A stretch of 64,000 nt of DNA from Methanobacteriota archaeon (GCA_020697715.1 JAEHCO010000003.1:184020-248019), one strand, 5' to 3'. Shown: positions 29,322 through 38,914, counted from the stretch's first letter. Notes: generated by a model from the letters alone, not told the origin. Program-made: numbers and translations.

Positions 29322-30875
29322 ATGAAAAAACTCACCTTACTGGACACCGGCATGATGACCGCGGCCCAGAATATCGCACTTGATGAAATCCTTCTGCAAT
29401 TAAGAAATGAGGATAAGATACCCGATACACTGCGGCTTCTTCAGTTCAAGCCGCATTCTGTGCTTGTCGGATACCACCAGAGCATTGAGCAGGAAGTGAG
29501 GATCGAATTTTGTCAGCAGAATGGCATCGATATAAATCGCCGGATAACTGGTGGCGGGACCATATACCTGGACGAGCCTCAGATCGGATGGGAATTGATC
29601 GCATCCAGATGGGACCCGGACATTCCGAAAGATATTGACAAATTATATGCCAAGGTCTCCGAGGGCGCTGTCCAGGGTTTGAAGAACCTGGGCGTGGAAG
29701 CCGAATTCCGACCTCGGAATGATATCGAGGTCGATGGAAAGAAGATATCTGGCACTGGTGGTTCTTTTGAAGCCAATGCTTTCTTTTTCCAAGGCACTCT
29801 TTTAACGGATTTCGATGTCGAGACCATGATCCGGGCTTTGATGATACCCCTGGAGAAACTGAAGGCCAAGGAACTGGAATCCGCAAAAGAAAGAGTAACT
29901 TGCCTGAAGTGGGAGCTGGACGAACTTCCATCGATCCAGGCCATCAAGGAAGCCATTGTCAAGGGTTTTGCCGATGTCTTCGATGTGGAGATCGAAGAGA
30001 GGGAACTAACACCATTGGAGCTTCAGATATTGGAGGAAAGAACATCGAAATTCGAAAAACCGGATTGGATATACGGCATAAGGAGGCCAGTGGAGTCCCG
30101 CCAAGTTATTCGATCCATATACAAAGCACCTGGTGGCCTGATACGCTCCAGCTTGATCGTGGACATTCCGAACAAGAGGATCCAGGCGGCTCTCATAACA
30201 GGTGATTTCTTCATATTCCCTAATCGTACGGTTCTGGACTTGGAAGCGTCCTTGAAGGACGCCTCTATGGAGCCGGGCAAACTCACGGCTATAATTCGTG
30301 AGTTCTTCAACTCTCGCGAAATAGAAATGCCAGGCATCCTGCCGGATGACTTTGTAAAGGCGATTCTCAAAGCAGTTCAGAAGCTGGAATACCTGGACAT
30401 TGGTATTCCATTGGAGCATATCAATAAAGTATTCAGGGTGTGCGATCCTCCAATGAGCCTGAAGGATTGCAAGACCATTCTTCTCCCTTACTGCGCGAAA
30501 TTACAAAAATGCGGATACAGAAGATTGAATGATTGTGCGGAATGTGGCGAGTGCGATATCGGGGATGCGTACACTTTGGCGAAGCAACTCGGGATGGAGC
30601 CCATAACGATAATCAGTTTCGAGGATCTGATGGAGAATTTAAACAGATTAAAAGTCGAGGGAGCCAGCATGTTCCTCGGTAGCTGTTGCGAGGCCTTTTA
30701 TGAAAAGCATCTGGAGGATTTCGAGGAAGCCGGGCTACCGGGTTTCCTGATCGACATCGACAGCACCACCTGCTACGACCTGGGAAGGGAGCAGGATGCG
30801 TACGTGGGAGACTTCGAGAATGAGACCGAGCTGAGGCTGGAGCTCATCAAAATGGTGCTGAAGAAGATGAGCTGA
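29322..30875 (+). CDS. lplA: Lipoate-protein ligase (LplA catalytic + accessory domain) fused to a Cys-rich DUF116-like domain
   Basis: RRITGGGTIYLD, KKISGTG, KAPGGLI..ITGDFF; C-terminal LPYCAK..C..CAECGEC..GSCC..TTC. Confidence 0.85.
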   Translation: MKKLTLLDTGMMTAAQNIALDEILLQLRNEDKIPDTLRLLQFKPHSVLVGYHQSIEQEVRIEFCQQNGIDINRRITGGGTIYLDEPQIGWELIASRWDPDIPKDIDKLYAKVSEGAVQGLKNLGVEAEFRPRNDIEVDGKKISGTGGSFEANAFFFQGTLLTDFDVETMIRALMIPLEKLKAKELESAKERVTCLKWELDELPSIQAIKEAIVKGFADVFDVEIEERELTPLELQILEERTSKFEKPDWIYGIRRPVESRQVIRSIYKAPGGLIRSSLIVDIPNKRIQAALITGDFFIFPNRTVLDLEASLKDASMEPGKLTAIIREFFNSREIEMPGILPDDFVKAILKAVQKLEYLDIGIPLEHINKVFRVCDPPMSLKDCKTILLPYCAKLQKCGYRRLNDCAECGECDIGDAYTLAKQLGMEPITIISFEDLMENLNRLKVEGASMFLGSCCEAFYEKHLEDFEEAGLPGFLIDIDSTTCYDLGREQDAYVGDFENETELRLELIKMVLKKMS

Positions 30876-30916
30876 AGCTGGAACTCATAAAGATGGTACT
30901 GAAGAAGATGGTCTAA
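30828..30916 (+). repeat. 41-bp-period diverged tandem duplication of the lplA 3' end
   Basis: gagctgaggctggagctcatcaaaatggtgctgaagaagat followed by gagctgaagctggaactcataaagatggtactgaagaagatg. Confidence 0.9.
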
Positions 30917-31953
30917 CTTCTACTGGCCAGAAACTTCAATCTCTTGACATATTTATCCGCTTTTTCCGGGCTAGCCAGATTCTCCTCGATAAAACCAACA
31001 TCTCTCAGGCCAAGCAGACCAGCGGCTTCGAGTTTTTCATCATAAGCCTTTGCAAGATCGATATCATTATTTCCCATGTGCTCGAAGGTGATCTCCGCGG
31101 CTATCTGGCCGGATCTCATAGCATAATAAATTCCCTCGCCAGTTCCAGGATAGACAAAGCCGCCAGCATCCCCCGTTAGCAGTATTCTTCCTGATGACAA
31201 TGTGCTGAGTGGGCCGGACATGGGTATGGAATGCGCTTCTTTTCTCAATAGCGTTCCTTCATCTATCTTGGGAGCGACAAGCGGATTGTTAATGAACAGC
31301 TCGATCATTCCCCAGATATCTGGCTTTCTATCGGAGAGAATGCCGATACCGACCTTGACGCCGCCTTTCATGGGGCTGATCCAGCCGTATCCGTATTCCA
31401 TGAGATAATACACTTCGAACCAGTTGCCGATCCTGTCATCGACCATGTCCTCATCCAGGCTGAATTCGTACTGGGCGGATATCGCGATCTTATCTATCTG
31501 GGTGTCGCAGACCCTTCTGGCCACGGATGCAGTTCCTTCTGCTCCGATAACATACTTTGCTTCGACATCTCCGCTTCTGCCTTTGAGCAAATAGTGATCA
31601 TCCATATCCTCGATCTCAAAGATATGGTTCTTGACAACGGAATTTTTCAGATCCTTGATCAGGAATTCATCGAACTTATCTCTTTGAACGATACATCCAG
31701 GCTCTGGAAATGATGATTCAACGACATCCTTGGATGGTCCGAAGACCCTGTATCCTTTCAGCGGTCTTTCGATGATATCTTCCGGGATGTCCAAAAGTGA
31801 ATGGATCTTGGGAGAAAGCACACCGGCGCATGGCTTGTTCCTGGGGAATTCCGACCTGTCTAGTATGATGTAATTCGCTCCGAGCTCTTCGAGCTTCCTC
31901 GCGGCCATCGCACCAGCGGGCCCCGAGCCCACGATCGCATAATCATGTATCAT
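30913..31953 (-). CDS. Geranylgeranyl-reductase-family FAD oxidoreductase (LipT candidate)
   Basis: IVGSGPAG, FPRNKPCAG, GYGWISP, GDAGGFVYPGTGEGIYYA; located inside the lipoate cluster; ATG 31953 preferred. Confidence 0.8.
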   Translation of the reverse strand: MIHDYAIVGSGPAGAMAARKLEELGANYIILDRSEFPRNKPCAGVLSPKIHSLLDIPEDIIERPLKGYRVFGPSKDVVESSFPEPGCIVQRDKFDEFLIKDLKNSVVKNHIFEIEDMDDHYLLKGRSGDVEAKYVIGAEGTASVARRVCDTQIDKIAISAQYEFSLDEDMVDDRIGNWFEVYYLMEYGYGWISPMKGGVKVGIGILSDRKPDIWGMIELFINNPLVAPKIDEGTLLRKEAHSIPMSGPLSTLSSGRILLTGDAGGFVYPGTGEGIYYAMRSGQIAAEITFEHMGNNDIDLAKAYDEKLEAAGLLGLRDVGFIEENLASPEKADKYVKRLKFLASRS

Positions 31954-32055
31954 CGATATACTTGAGAGGAATATTGGATATAAATTTTGGGTATGGTATA
32001 TTGGCAAAATGGGGAAAAACTTTAAACAATATCCAGTCATCCGCGGAATGTTACA

Positions 32056-33033
32056 ATGCACAGCAATGATACAGATAATATCAAGACCCTGCGAAATAGG
32101 GACTTGCCCTGGCTTCTTGAGAAAGCCTGGACCCTGCGAACTGCAGAATTCCCGAATGAGCTGTTAATCTCATCACCTGGGGCCAAGACATACATCACTG
32201 ATCATCACAGGAATGAGAAGAATACTTTTGTCAATGTCAGTGTGACTGGCACCGACTGCGCTCTCAGCTGCGAGCATTGCAATAAGACACTTCTCGAGAC
32301 CATGGAATCCGTCAGGAGCCCGGATGAACTGATCGCTCTGGGAGATGACCTTGCATCGAAAGGCTGCGAGGGATTATTGTTGAGCGGAGGAGCTGACATA
32401 CATGGCGAGGTCCCCATTCTCCAATATGGGGATGCGATAAAATATCTGAAAAACCTGGGATTGAAGATCCTCGTGCATTCCGGCCTGGCAACGAAAGAAA
32501 CAGCCCGGATGTTGAAGGAATCCGGGGTGGATCAGGTCCTGCTGGACGTCATAGGTTCGGAGTCCACTCTTAGGGAAGTATATCATCTGGATAAGACACC
32601 GGATGATGTTTACAATTCTCTGAAAGCCCTGGTGGACGAAGGTCTGAATGTGGTACCTCATATCCTTGTGGGACTTCATTATGGAAGGATCGATGGGGAA
32701 TTCAATGCCCTCGAGATGATAATGAGAGCTGGTGTCAAACACATTGTGATAATTGTGCTCATGCCCAAGAGAGGCACGCCCATGGAGAACTCGCCAACAC
32801 CTACACCCCTGGAGGTTGGCAAGATCATCGCTGTTGGGCGCATACTGAATCCCAAAGCGAAGATAACTTTGGGATGTGCCAGGCCCGCTGGTGATGACAA
32901 GCTGATGATGGAAAAATACGCCATTCAAGGCGGGGTGAATGGCATCGCTTATGCGACGGATGAAGCAATGGATATAGCGGAAGAGCTGAATTTAACTCTG
33001 AAATTCAGCGATACTTGCTGCTCTTTGTTGTAG
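32056..33033 (+). CDS. lipS1: Radical SAM lipoyl synthase component LipS1
   Basis: SVTGTDCALSCEHC, LGCARP (GC(M/A)R motif), C-terminal CC. Confidence 0.75.
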   Translation: MHSNDTDNIKTLRNRDLPWLLEKAWTLRTAEFPNELLISSPGAKTYITDHHRNEKNTFVNVSVTGTDCALSCEHCNKTLLETMESVRSPDELIALGDDLASKGCEGLLLSGGADIHGEVPILQYGDAIKYLKNLGLKILVHSGLATKETARMLKESGVDQVLLDVIGSESTLREVYHLDKTPDDVYNSLKALVDEGLNVVPHILVGLHYGRIDGEFNALEMIMRAGVKHIVIIVLMPKRGTPMENSPTPTPLEVGKIIAVGRILNPKAKITLGCARPAGDDKLMMEKYAIQGGVNGIAYATDEAMDIAEELNLTLKFSDTCCSLL

Positions 33034-33106
33034 AGCAGCTTCTGAAACCCCTAAATACCCAAACGAAAAATAGATATGTTCTGTAACCTTCTCCCATTAT
33101 GAGGAA

Positions 33107-35686
33107 GTGGAAGAGATTAGAAAGTTCGTATCTATCTGGCTATGCTTTGTTATGGTGGCAGGGTCTGCTATTGTTATGGTTGATAATCAAGATATTGTGG
33201 ATGCTGGAAATGTATCTTATAACACTTTAAAACTCAACCCTCCACCGATCGATCAGTTGGCTTTTAACGAGATAAAAAAATTAGTGGCTAGTGATGGCGT
33301 AGCATCGGACTATTTTGGTTATTCAATATCTCTATCTGGTGATACAGTGATTGTAGGTGCACGCAATCATGATGTTGGTGGAAATGAAAAACAAGGCTCT
33401 GCTTATATTTTTGAGCAAAATGAAGGCGGAGAATACAACTGGGGTGAGGTCACCAAGCTTGTTGCATCTGACGGAGCATCAGGTGACGAATTTGGTCGCT
33501 CAGTCTCTATACATGGCGACACGGTGGTTGTTAGTGCATTTATTGATGATATAGACGGAAATACAGATCAAGGTTCTGCTTATATTTTTGAAAGAAATGC
33601 TGGCGGAGTTAATAACTGGGGCGAGGTCACCAAGCTCACTGCATCTGATGGAGCACCTGATGACATTTTTGGTCTTTCAGTCTCTCTATCTAATGACATA
33701 TTGGCTGTAGGTGCACCTTATGCTGTCATCAGTGGAAATATTATGCAGGGCTCTGCATATATTTTTGAGCGAAATATGGGCGGTGCTGATAACTGGGGCG
33801 AGGTCACCAAACTCATTTCATCAGATGGCGTAGCAGGCGATTATTTTGGCTATTCTGTTTCCATGTTCAATGATACTTTAGCTGTTGGCGCAATCCATGC
33901 TGAGGTCGGTGGGAATGCTGATCAAGGCTCTGTATATGTTTTCGAGCGAAATATGGGCGGTGCTGATAACTGGGGTGAGGTCACCAAGATTGTTGCATCC
34001 GATGGAGGAAACGGTGACTCTTTTGGCTATTCAATTTCCATATTCAATGATATTTTGGCTGTAGGTGCAGAACGTGCTGATGCATTCCGGGGCTCTGCTT
34101 ATATATTCGACCGAAATACAGGAGGGGCCGATAACTGGGGGCAGGTGTCTAAGCTCACAGCATCCGATGGAGCGGCGAGCGATTATTTTGGCGAATCAAT
34201 TTGCATATCCAATGACACGTTGATTGTAGGTGCTTATGCTGCCGATATCGGTGTAAATATCCGGCAGGGTGCCGCGTATCTTTTTGAGCGTAATGCTGGT
34301 GGTGCCGACAACTGGGGGCAGGTTAATAAGCTCATAGCATCCGATGGAGCGGCGAGCGATTACTTTGGTCGTTCAGTTTGCATATCTGATGAAACACTAG
34401 TTGTGAGTGCATATTCTGATGATTTTAAACAAGGCTCTGCATACATTTTTTCTTTGCATATTGAGCCAATGATATCACTTCTATCTCCTGCAAATAACTC
34501 AGTTATAACTTCTGGGACAATAATAGATATTGAAGTAACGGGCTCTCACTTTATCAATGTGAATTATTCAGTGAATGGAGGGCTAAACACAACCCTCCCT
34601 GCACCATATGACATTGACACCACTCTCTGGGCTGATGGGTCATATATGATCGAGGTTCATGCAAATAACACTCCTGACAATAATATTTCAAGCTCTTACA
34701 ATTTCATTATTGATTCATCAGCACCAGAGATCATCCATCAACATATTATTTCTACTCCCACCATCCAGTCTGTAAATATAACAGCCAATATAACAGACAT
34801 TGTTGGAGTTAATGAGGTCTATCTCAATTACACCGACACCAATGGAATGAATCACAATGCCTCAATGAACCAATGGGGAGGAAATTGGTCTTATGATATC
34901 CCTGCTCAGAACAGCCTCGGATTTGTAGATTATTTCATCTGGTGTGATGATCTTTTCGACTATGCGAATCAAACGCCTATTTACCACATCCAAATAATCG
35001 AACCATTCTCCATAGCGGACATCGAGCCAGATTCAATCGCATTACCGATCTATCCAAACTGGAATCTCATCTCAATACCGAGAGAACCACTGGACAAAGG
35101 CAGTGATGGTAAATTCACTGCCTTCGATTTGCTTCGTGAGATTCAGGAAGACCTCGGCGTCTTTTCTTTCAGCGTGGCCAGGCATAATGGTGGAATCCCC
35201 AGTTCTTATACCGTCTTCGATTCTGGAACTATGGAAGGGGCCTTCAATGACTTCGAGATAACCAATACAGATGCCTACTGGCTATACGCGCCAGCGGTCT
35301 ATGGAATGGTGAATATCGAAAGCCAGGACATAGCCAACTGGGGAATTGATAATGTCAAGGTACTGGATGCTGGCTGGAATATGCTGGGATTCCCACATAA
35401 CAATTCAGTGGGTGGCGCACAGCCAGGTGGGTGGAACACGCAGCTGAGAGCGCACCATTTCACAGATGGCACGATCGATCCCGATCTCGTTGTTGGAGTT
35501 GTGGATCAAGATATGATAATCGCCACGCGCTGGATACCGACAACTCACCAGTATGAGAGCTATCTTGTGAATACTACATTTTCAGGAATTGCCAGCAAGG
35601 ATTGGTATTACGATTCTTATTATTCAATAGGGTACTGGCTATGGGTTGAGAATAGTGTTGAAGTTACCTTCGATACAGAATTCTAA
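33107..35686 (+). CDS. Secreted FG-GAP (integrin-alpha-like) seven-bladed propeller protein with Ig-like and WNL-type C-terminal domains
   Basis: Signal peptide; seven K(L/I)xxSDGxxxDxFGxS repeats; PNWNLISIP and AGWNMLGFP motifs. Confidence 0.85.
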   Translation: MEEIRKFVSIWLCFVMVAGSAIVMVDNQDIVDAGNVSYNTLKLNPPPIDQLAFNEIKKLVASDGVASDYFGYSISLSGDTVIVGARNHDVGGNEKQGSAYIFEQNEGGEYNWGEVTKLVASDGASGDEFGRSVSIHGDTVVVSAFIDDIDGNTDQGSAYIFERNAGGVNNWGEVTKLTASDGAPDDIFGLSVSLSNDILAVGAPYAVISGNIMQGSAYIFERNMGGADNWGEVTKLISSDGVAGDYFGYSVSMFNDTLAVGAIHAEVGGNADQGSVYVFERNMGGADNWGEVTKIVASDGGNGDSFGYSISIFNDILAVGAERADAFRGSAYIFDRNTGGADNWGQVSKLTASDGAASDYFGESICISNDTLIVGAYAADIGVNIRQGAAYLFERNAGGADNWGQVNKLIASDGAASDYFGRSVCISDETLVVSAYSDDFKQGSAYIFSLHIEPMISLLSPANNSVITSGTIIDIEVTGSHFINVNYSVNGGLNTTLPAPYDIDTTLWADGSYMIEVHANNTPDNNISSSYNFIIDSSAPEIIHQHIISTPTIQSVNITANITDIVGVNEVYLNYTDTNGMNHNASMNQWGGNWSYDIPAQNSLGFVDYFIWCDDLFDYANQTPIYHIQIIEPFSIADIEPDSIALPIYPNWNLISIPREPLDKGSDGKFTAFDLLREIQEDLGVFSFSVARHNGGIPSSYTVFDSGTMEGAFNDFEITNTDAYWLYAPAVYGMVNIESQDIANWGIDNVKVLDAGWNMLGFPHNNSVGGAQPGGWNTQLRAHHFTDGTIDPDLVVGVVDQDMIIATRWIPTTHQYESYLVNTTFSGIASKDWYYDSYYSIGYWLWVENSVEVTFDTEF
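33275..34450 (+). repeat. Seven in-frame ~165-180-bp FG-GAP coding repeats
   Basis: Recurrent aactggggcgaggtcaccaag and ggctctgcttatatttt units. Confidence 0.85.
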
Positions 35687-35702
35687 AAATAGAGGTATTT
35701 CC

Positions 35703-36146
35703 TCAATCCTTTATCTTCAACTGGAATTCTAGTGGGAAATTGACCGCATTCGTGACAGTGCAATGTGCTCGGGCCAGATCGAACACTTTCTCGATCTTTT
35801 CCTTGTCCGCACCATCTGTCCAAACCGATAATTTCATGCTTCCGGCAACCACACGTTCCTGGCCTTCGACAAAATCTGTTTCAGTTTTCACATCCACCGA
35901 TATGTCGCTGACATGAATCCTGGATTTGTGGGCTGAATAAAGGAATGTGGTCATCAAGCACGACCCCATTGCGGAGGAGAATATCTCCAATGGCGCGGGA
36001 GCTGTGTTCGTACCAAAAAGGCCTTTAGGTTTGTCGCATGCGATCTCCATGCCTCTTATCAGGGAAGTTGTCTTCAGACCGCCTTCCCACATTACCTTTG
36101 CTCTTGCCTCGCTCTTTGCTTCTCCAGACATCCAATTCAGCTCCAC
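35703..36146 (-). CDS. OsmC/Ohr-family protein
   Basis: DKP..FGTNTAPAPLE...GSC, HCTV catalytic Cys pair. Confidence 0.85.
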   Translation of the reverse strand: MELNWMSGEAKSEARAKVMWEGGLKTTSLIRGMEIACDKPKGLFGTNTAPAPLEIFSSAMGSCLMTTFLYSAHKSRIHVSDISVDVKTETDFVEGQERVVAGSMKLSVWTDGADKEKIEKVFDLARAHCTVTNAVNFPLEFQLKIKD

Positions 36147-36249
36147 TACTGTAATGTTCTAAGCCTGTATTATATATAATTATTACTGCTGAATATTGAT
36201 CTTCAAACTGGCAAATATTTAATATCGAATTGGCCATTCCTGTAAATAC

Positions 36250-36948
36250 ATGAAAAGAACCCCCATCCAGAAATTCTATTTCGATATTTCTAAGAGATAC
36301 GAGGTGGTCAATACCTGCATCACCATGGGTCTTGATAAGCCATGGCGCAGGAAGGCCGCGAAGACCGCGTCCTCCCTAGGTGGTAAGATGTGGCTGGACA
36401 TGTGCTGTGGCACAGGAGACATGTCCGCGGATCTGAACCAGCACATTGGCCAGGATACGAGATTGGTGATGGCGGACTTCTCTCAGGAAATGATGGATAT
36501 CGCCAATAGCAAACCAGGATTGGAGGACAAGGACAAGACCCTGGCCGATGCTTTCAATTTACCTTTCAAGGATAATTCTTTCGACCTGGTGACCATATCC
36601 TTCGCCACCAGGAACCTGAACCTTGGCCAGAGTGGTCTGGTAAAGGCATTTTCGGAGTTCAACAGGGTGTTGAAGCCAAATGGAAAGCTGGTCAATATCG
36701 AGACAAGTCAGCCCAAGTCAAAGTTTGTAAAGTCCATGTTCCACCTTTATGTTGGGACGATAATCAAGCCCATTGGCTATGTTTTCACGGGGGACAAGAC
36801 CAGCTATACTTTCCTGGCTTCTTCCATAACCAATTTCCTTGATCCGGAATCTTTCAATGAAGTATTGACCCGATCTGGTTTTTCAGACACGGCCTTCGAA
36901 CCTCTTTTGTTCGGAGCTATTTCCATACACACGGCTAATAGCCAATGA
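36250..36948 (+). CDS. menG: Demethylmenaquinone methyltransferase (MenG/UbiE family)
   Basis: Y..VN..I.MGLDKPWRR, LDMCCGTGD, LPFKDNSFD, RVLKPNG, YTFLASSI. Confidence 0.85.
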   Translation: MKRTPIQKFYFDISKRYEVVNTCITMGLDKPWRRKAAKTASSLGGKMWLDMCCGTGDMSADLNQHIGQDTRLVMADFSQEMMDIANSKPGLEDKDKTLADAFNLPFKDNSFDLVTISFATRNLNLGQSGLVKAFSEFNRVLKPNGKLVNIETSQPKSKFVKSMFHLYVGTIIKPIGYVFTGDKTSYTFLASSITNFLDPESFNEVLTRSGFSDTAFEPLLFGAISIHTANSQ

Positions 36949-37012
36949 TGCCCCCTCATTCGATCATCACAATAGATAAAGGTAAATATTTCAGTTGTAT
37001 AATCAGGGCTGC

Positions 37013-37660
37013 ATGTGTTCGAAAGTCACCACTTCCATTCGGTCAGTGATGTTCACGTCTATCATTGCCGTGTTCCTACTCACAATAGCTCTGGGTCATG
37101 CTAGTGGCGATGATAATGGCAAGGGCGATCTGGATGACACTTGTATCGGATGCCATTCGGACGGCGGTAGCGGAACTGTATCTATCAGTTCCGAGCTTGA
37201 CACCTATGAGGCCGGCCAGGATGTCATAATATCCGTCCCGGTCAATATGGATTCCAGTGATTCGGATGCCATGATGCCCGGTGTCATGATATTATCTGGA
37301 GCTGGGGACAATGTTAAGGATGCTGGCTGGATAATATCATCCGATCCAAATAACAATGCCCAACCTATGAACTATAATGAGATGTCTGGGATATCTGGCG
37401 AGACTGAATTTCAATGGATCCTGAAAGCTCCTGTCACTCCTGGTGATCATGTGATCTACGCCAGACTTATTTACGATGATGGCGGAGCAAAATATCTGGA
37501 GACCGAGCCCCTTTCTTTCACAATAACGGAATCAACATCGGCGACATCTGGAACAGATACCACTGGTGAAGATGCAGACCCAACACCCAAAGCTTTAAGT
37601 TTCGGAATATTAGTAGGCATTGTAGGAATAATGATCATAACAATATTGAGGCGTAGATGA
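37013..37660 (+). CDS. Surface monoheme cytochrome c with Reeler/Ig-like domain and C-terminal TM anchor
   Basis: Signal peptide, TCIGCH, FQWILKAPVTPG, Ser/Thr linker, TM + RRR; start uncertain (36995-37049). Confidence 0.7.
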   Translation: MCSKVTTSIRSVMFTSIIAVFLLTIALGHASGDDNGKGDLDDTCIGCHSDGGSGTVSISSELDTYEAGQDVIISVPVNMDSSDSDAMMPGVMILSGAGDNVKDAGWIISSDPNNNAQPMNYNEMSGISGETEFQWILKAPVTPGDHVIYARLIYDDGGAKYLETEPLSFTITESTSATSGTDTTGEDADPTPKALSFGILVGIVGIMIITILRRR

Positions 37661-38748
37661 TGGCGGGCGAGGGAACTCCAAAGAATGCAGGCAAATCTGC
37701 GGGTCCGGTCGGGATCTTAGTGCTTATCCTAGTTGTGGCCATCGCGGTGGTCATTGTCCTTGCTTCCTACTCGGCCTATATTGATTTTGCAGGTGAAGAG
37801 GCACCTGTCCTACACGTGGAGATCAGGCTAAGCGATGGGGAATATGATGATAATGCTGATAGATGGATAACCCAGATACAGTCATACGGCCCATATGTCA
37901 AGAATCTGAGCAGCGATGTCGAAGTATCATTAATATATGTAGATGCATTGGAAGCTCCCGCAGATGGAACATTCCTACTTGGTGAGAGGCCAGTTCTGGT
38001 GGTATATGCTTTCAATATGGATGATAATTGGAAGACTGGCAAGGCCTCTACAAAATACATAGGCCCGGGAGATTATGTATTGAATATAACCTTCCCACAT
38101 ACTCCTCAAACAGGAGACCTGATAAAGATCGTCTTCGAGGTTGCTTATGACAAGGATGTATATCCGACCGAAGACGCATATCCTCTATTCGATTTTGATC
38201 GTTCCACTGTCGTATATCGATGGGGTGTTCCCAATATGGATGTTGGCCTTAATAGGTTCGCTAGCTCTGAATTTAATAGGGAAGCAATAGAGAAAGCAGA
38301 TGGTGCTGTAGAGAGTTATAGATGGTTCGCAGACCCTGAAGAAGGCGTGGTCTTTGGATCTCCAGATAAAGCCATGACATCCATAAGTGCTACTGCGGAT
38401 GGCACCTATGAGATTGTTATTGAAGCGACAGATGCCCAGGGCAATATAGGCTATGATTCATTCATCATGTTATGGGATACCATCGCTCCCTCCGTGGATA
38501 TTGGACCTGATGTGAATAGCACTCTGCCAATTAATAAAGTTGCAGTGGCCAGTGATGCCAATGGTATATCGAATTATACATGGTCGAGAGTATCTGGCCC
38601 GGGTTATGTAACATTCAGTTCCCAATATGCTCCGATCACTGACATAAACGCATCAGTTCCTGGTAATTACACCATACAATTGAATATAATCGACAAGGCT
38701 GGAAATGTGGCTGTTGATGAGTTTATTTGGGTTTTCGAACAAGCTTAG
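37657..38748 (+). CDS. Membrane-anchored protein with PKD/Ig-like domains
   Basis: N-terminal TM; WDTIAPSVDIGPD, YTWSRVSGPG, D.AGN Ig-like repeats. Confidence 0.7.
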   Translation: MMAGEGTPKNAGKSAGPVGILVLILVVAIAVVIVLASYSAYIDFAGEEAPVLHVEIRLSDGEYDDNADRWITQIQSYGPYVKNLSSDVEVSLIYVDALEAPADGTFLLGERPVLVVYAFNMDDNWKTGKASTKYIGPGDYVLNITFPHTPQTGDLIKIVFEVAYDKDVYPTEDAYPLFDFDRSTVVYRWGVPNMDVGLNRFASSEFNREAIEKADGAVESYRWFADPEEGVVFGSPDKAMTSISATADGTYEIVIEATDAQGNIGYDSFIMLWDTIAPSVDIGPDVNSTLPINKVAVASDANGISNYTWSRVSGPGYVTFSSQYAPITDINASVPGNYTIQLNIIDKAGNVAVDEFIWVFEQA

Positions 38749-38806
38749 TGTATAAAGAAAACGCCTGACATATTATCTACTATATAAGGATAATACTTAA
38801 CAAATT

Positions 38807-38821
38807 AACAATATTTATATA
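38807..38821 (+). promoter_or_regulatory. Candidate TATA box of the tetraheme cytochrome gene
   Basis: AACAATA-TTTATATA about 95 nt upstream of ATG 38915; SD AGGTGA at 38905-38910. Confidence 0.45.
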
Positions 38822-38876
38822 CGATGTCTCTAATTATCATCCAATCCAAAACAGATTGAAAAATGAGAGAATGATT

Positions 38877-38894
38877 CTCCGAGATATCTCGGAG
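38877..38894. promoter_or_regulatory. Perfect 18-bp palindrome upstream of the tetraheme cytochrome gene
   Basis: CTCCGAGATATCTCGGAG is its own reverse complement. Confidence 0.5.
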
Positions 38895-38914
38895 TTAGAA
38901 AAGAAGGTGAATAA

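Noticed and set aside
28244-33033. Biotin synthase (bioB) annotation for the two radical SAM genes
   Set aside because: LipS1/LipS2-type Cys motifs and the gcvH/lplA context fit lipoate synthesis; no bio genes are nearby.
33275-34450. CRISPR-like periodic repeats
   Set aside because: The repeats are degenerate, in-frame coding units of an FG-GAP propeller with no unique spacers and no cas genes.
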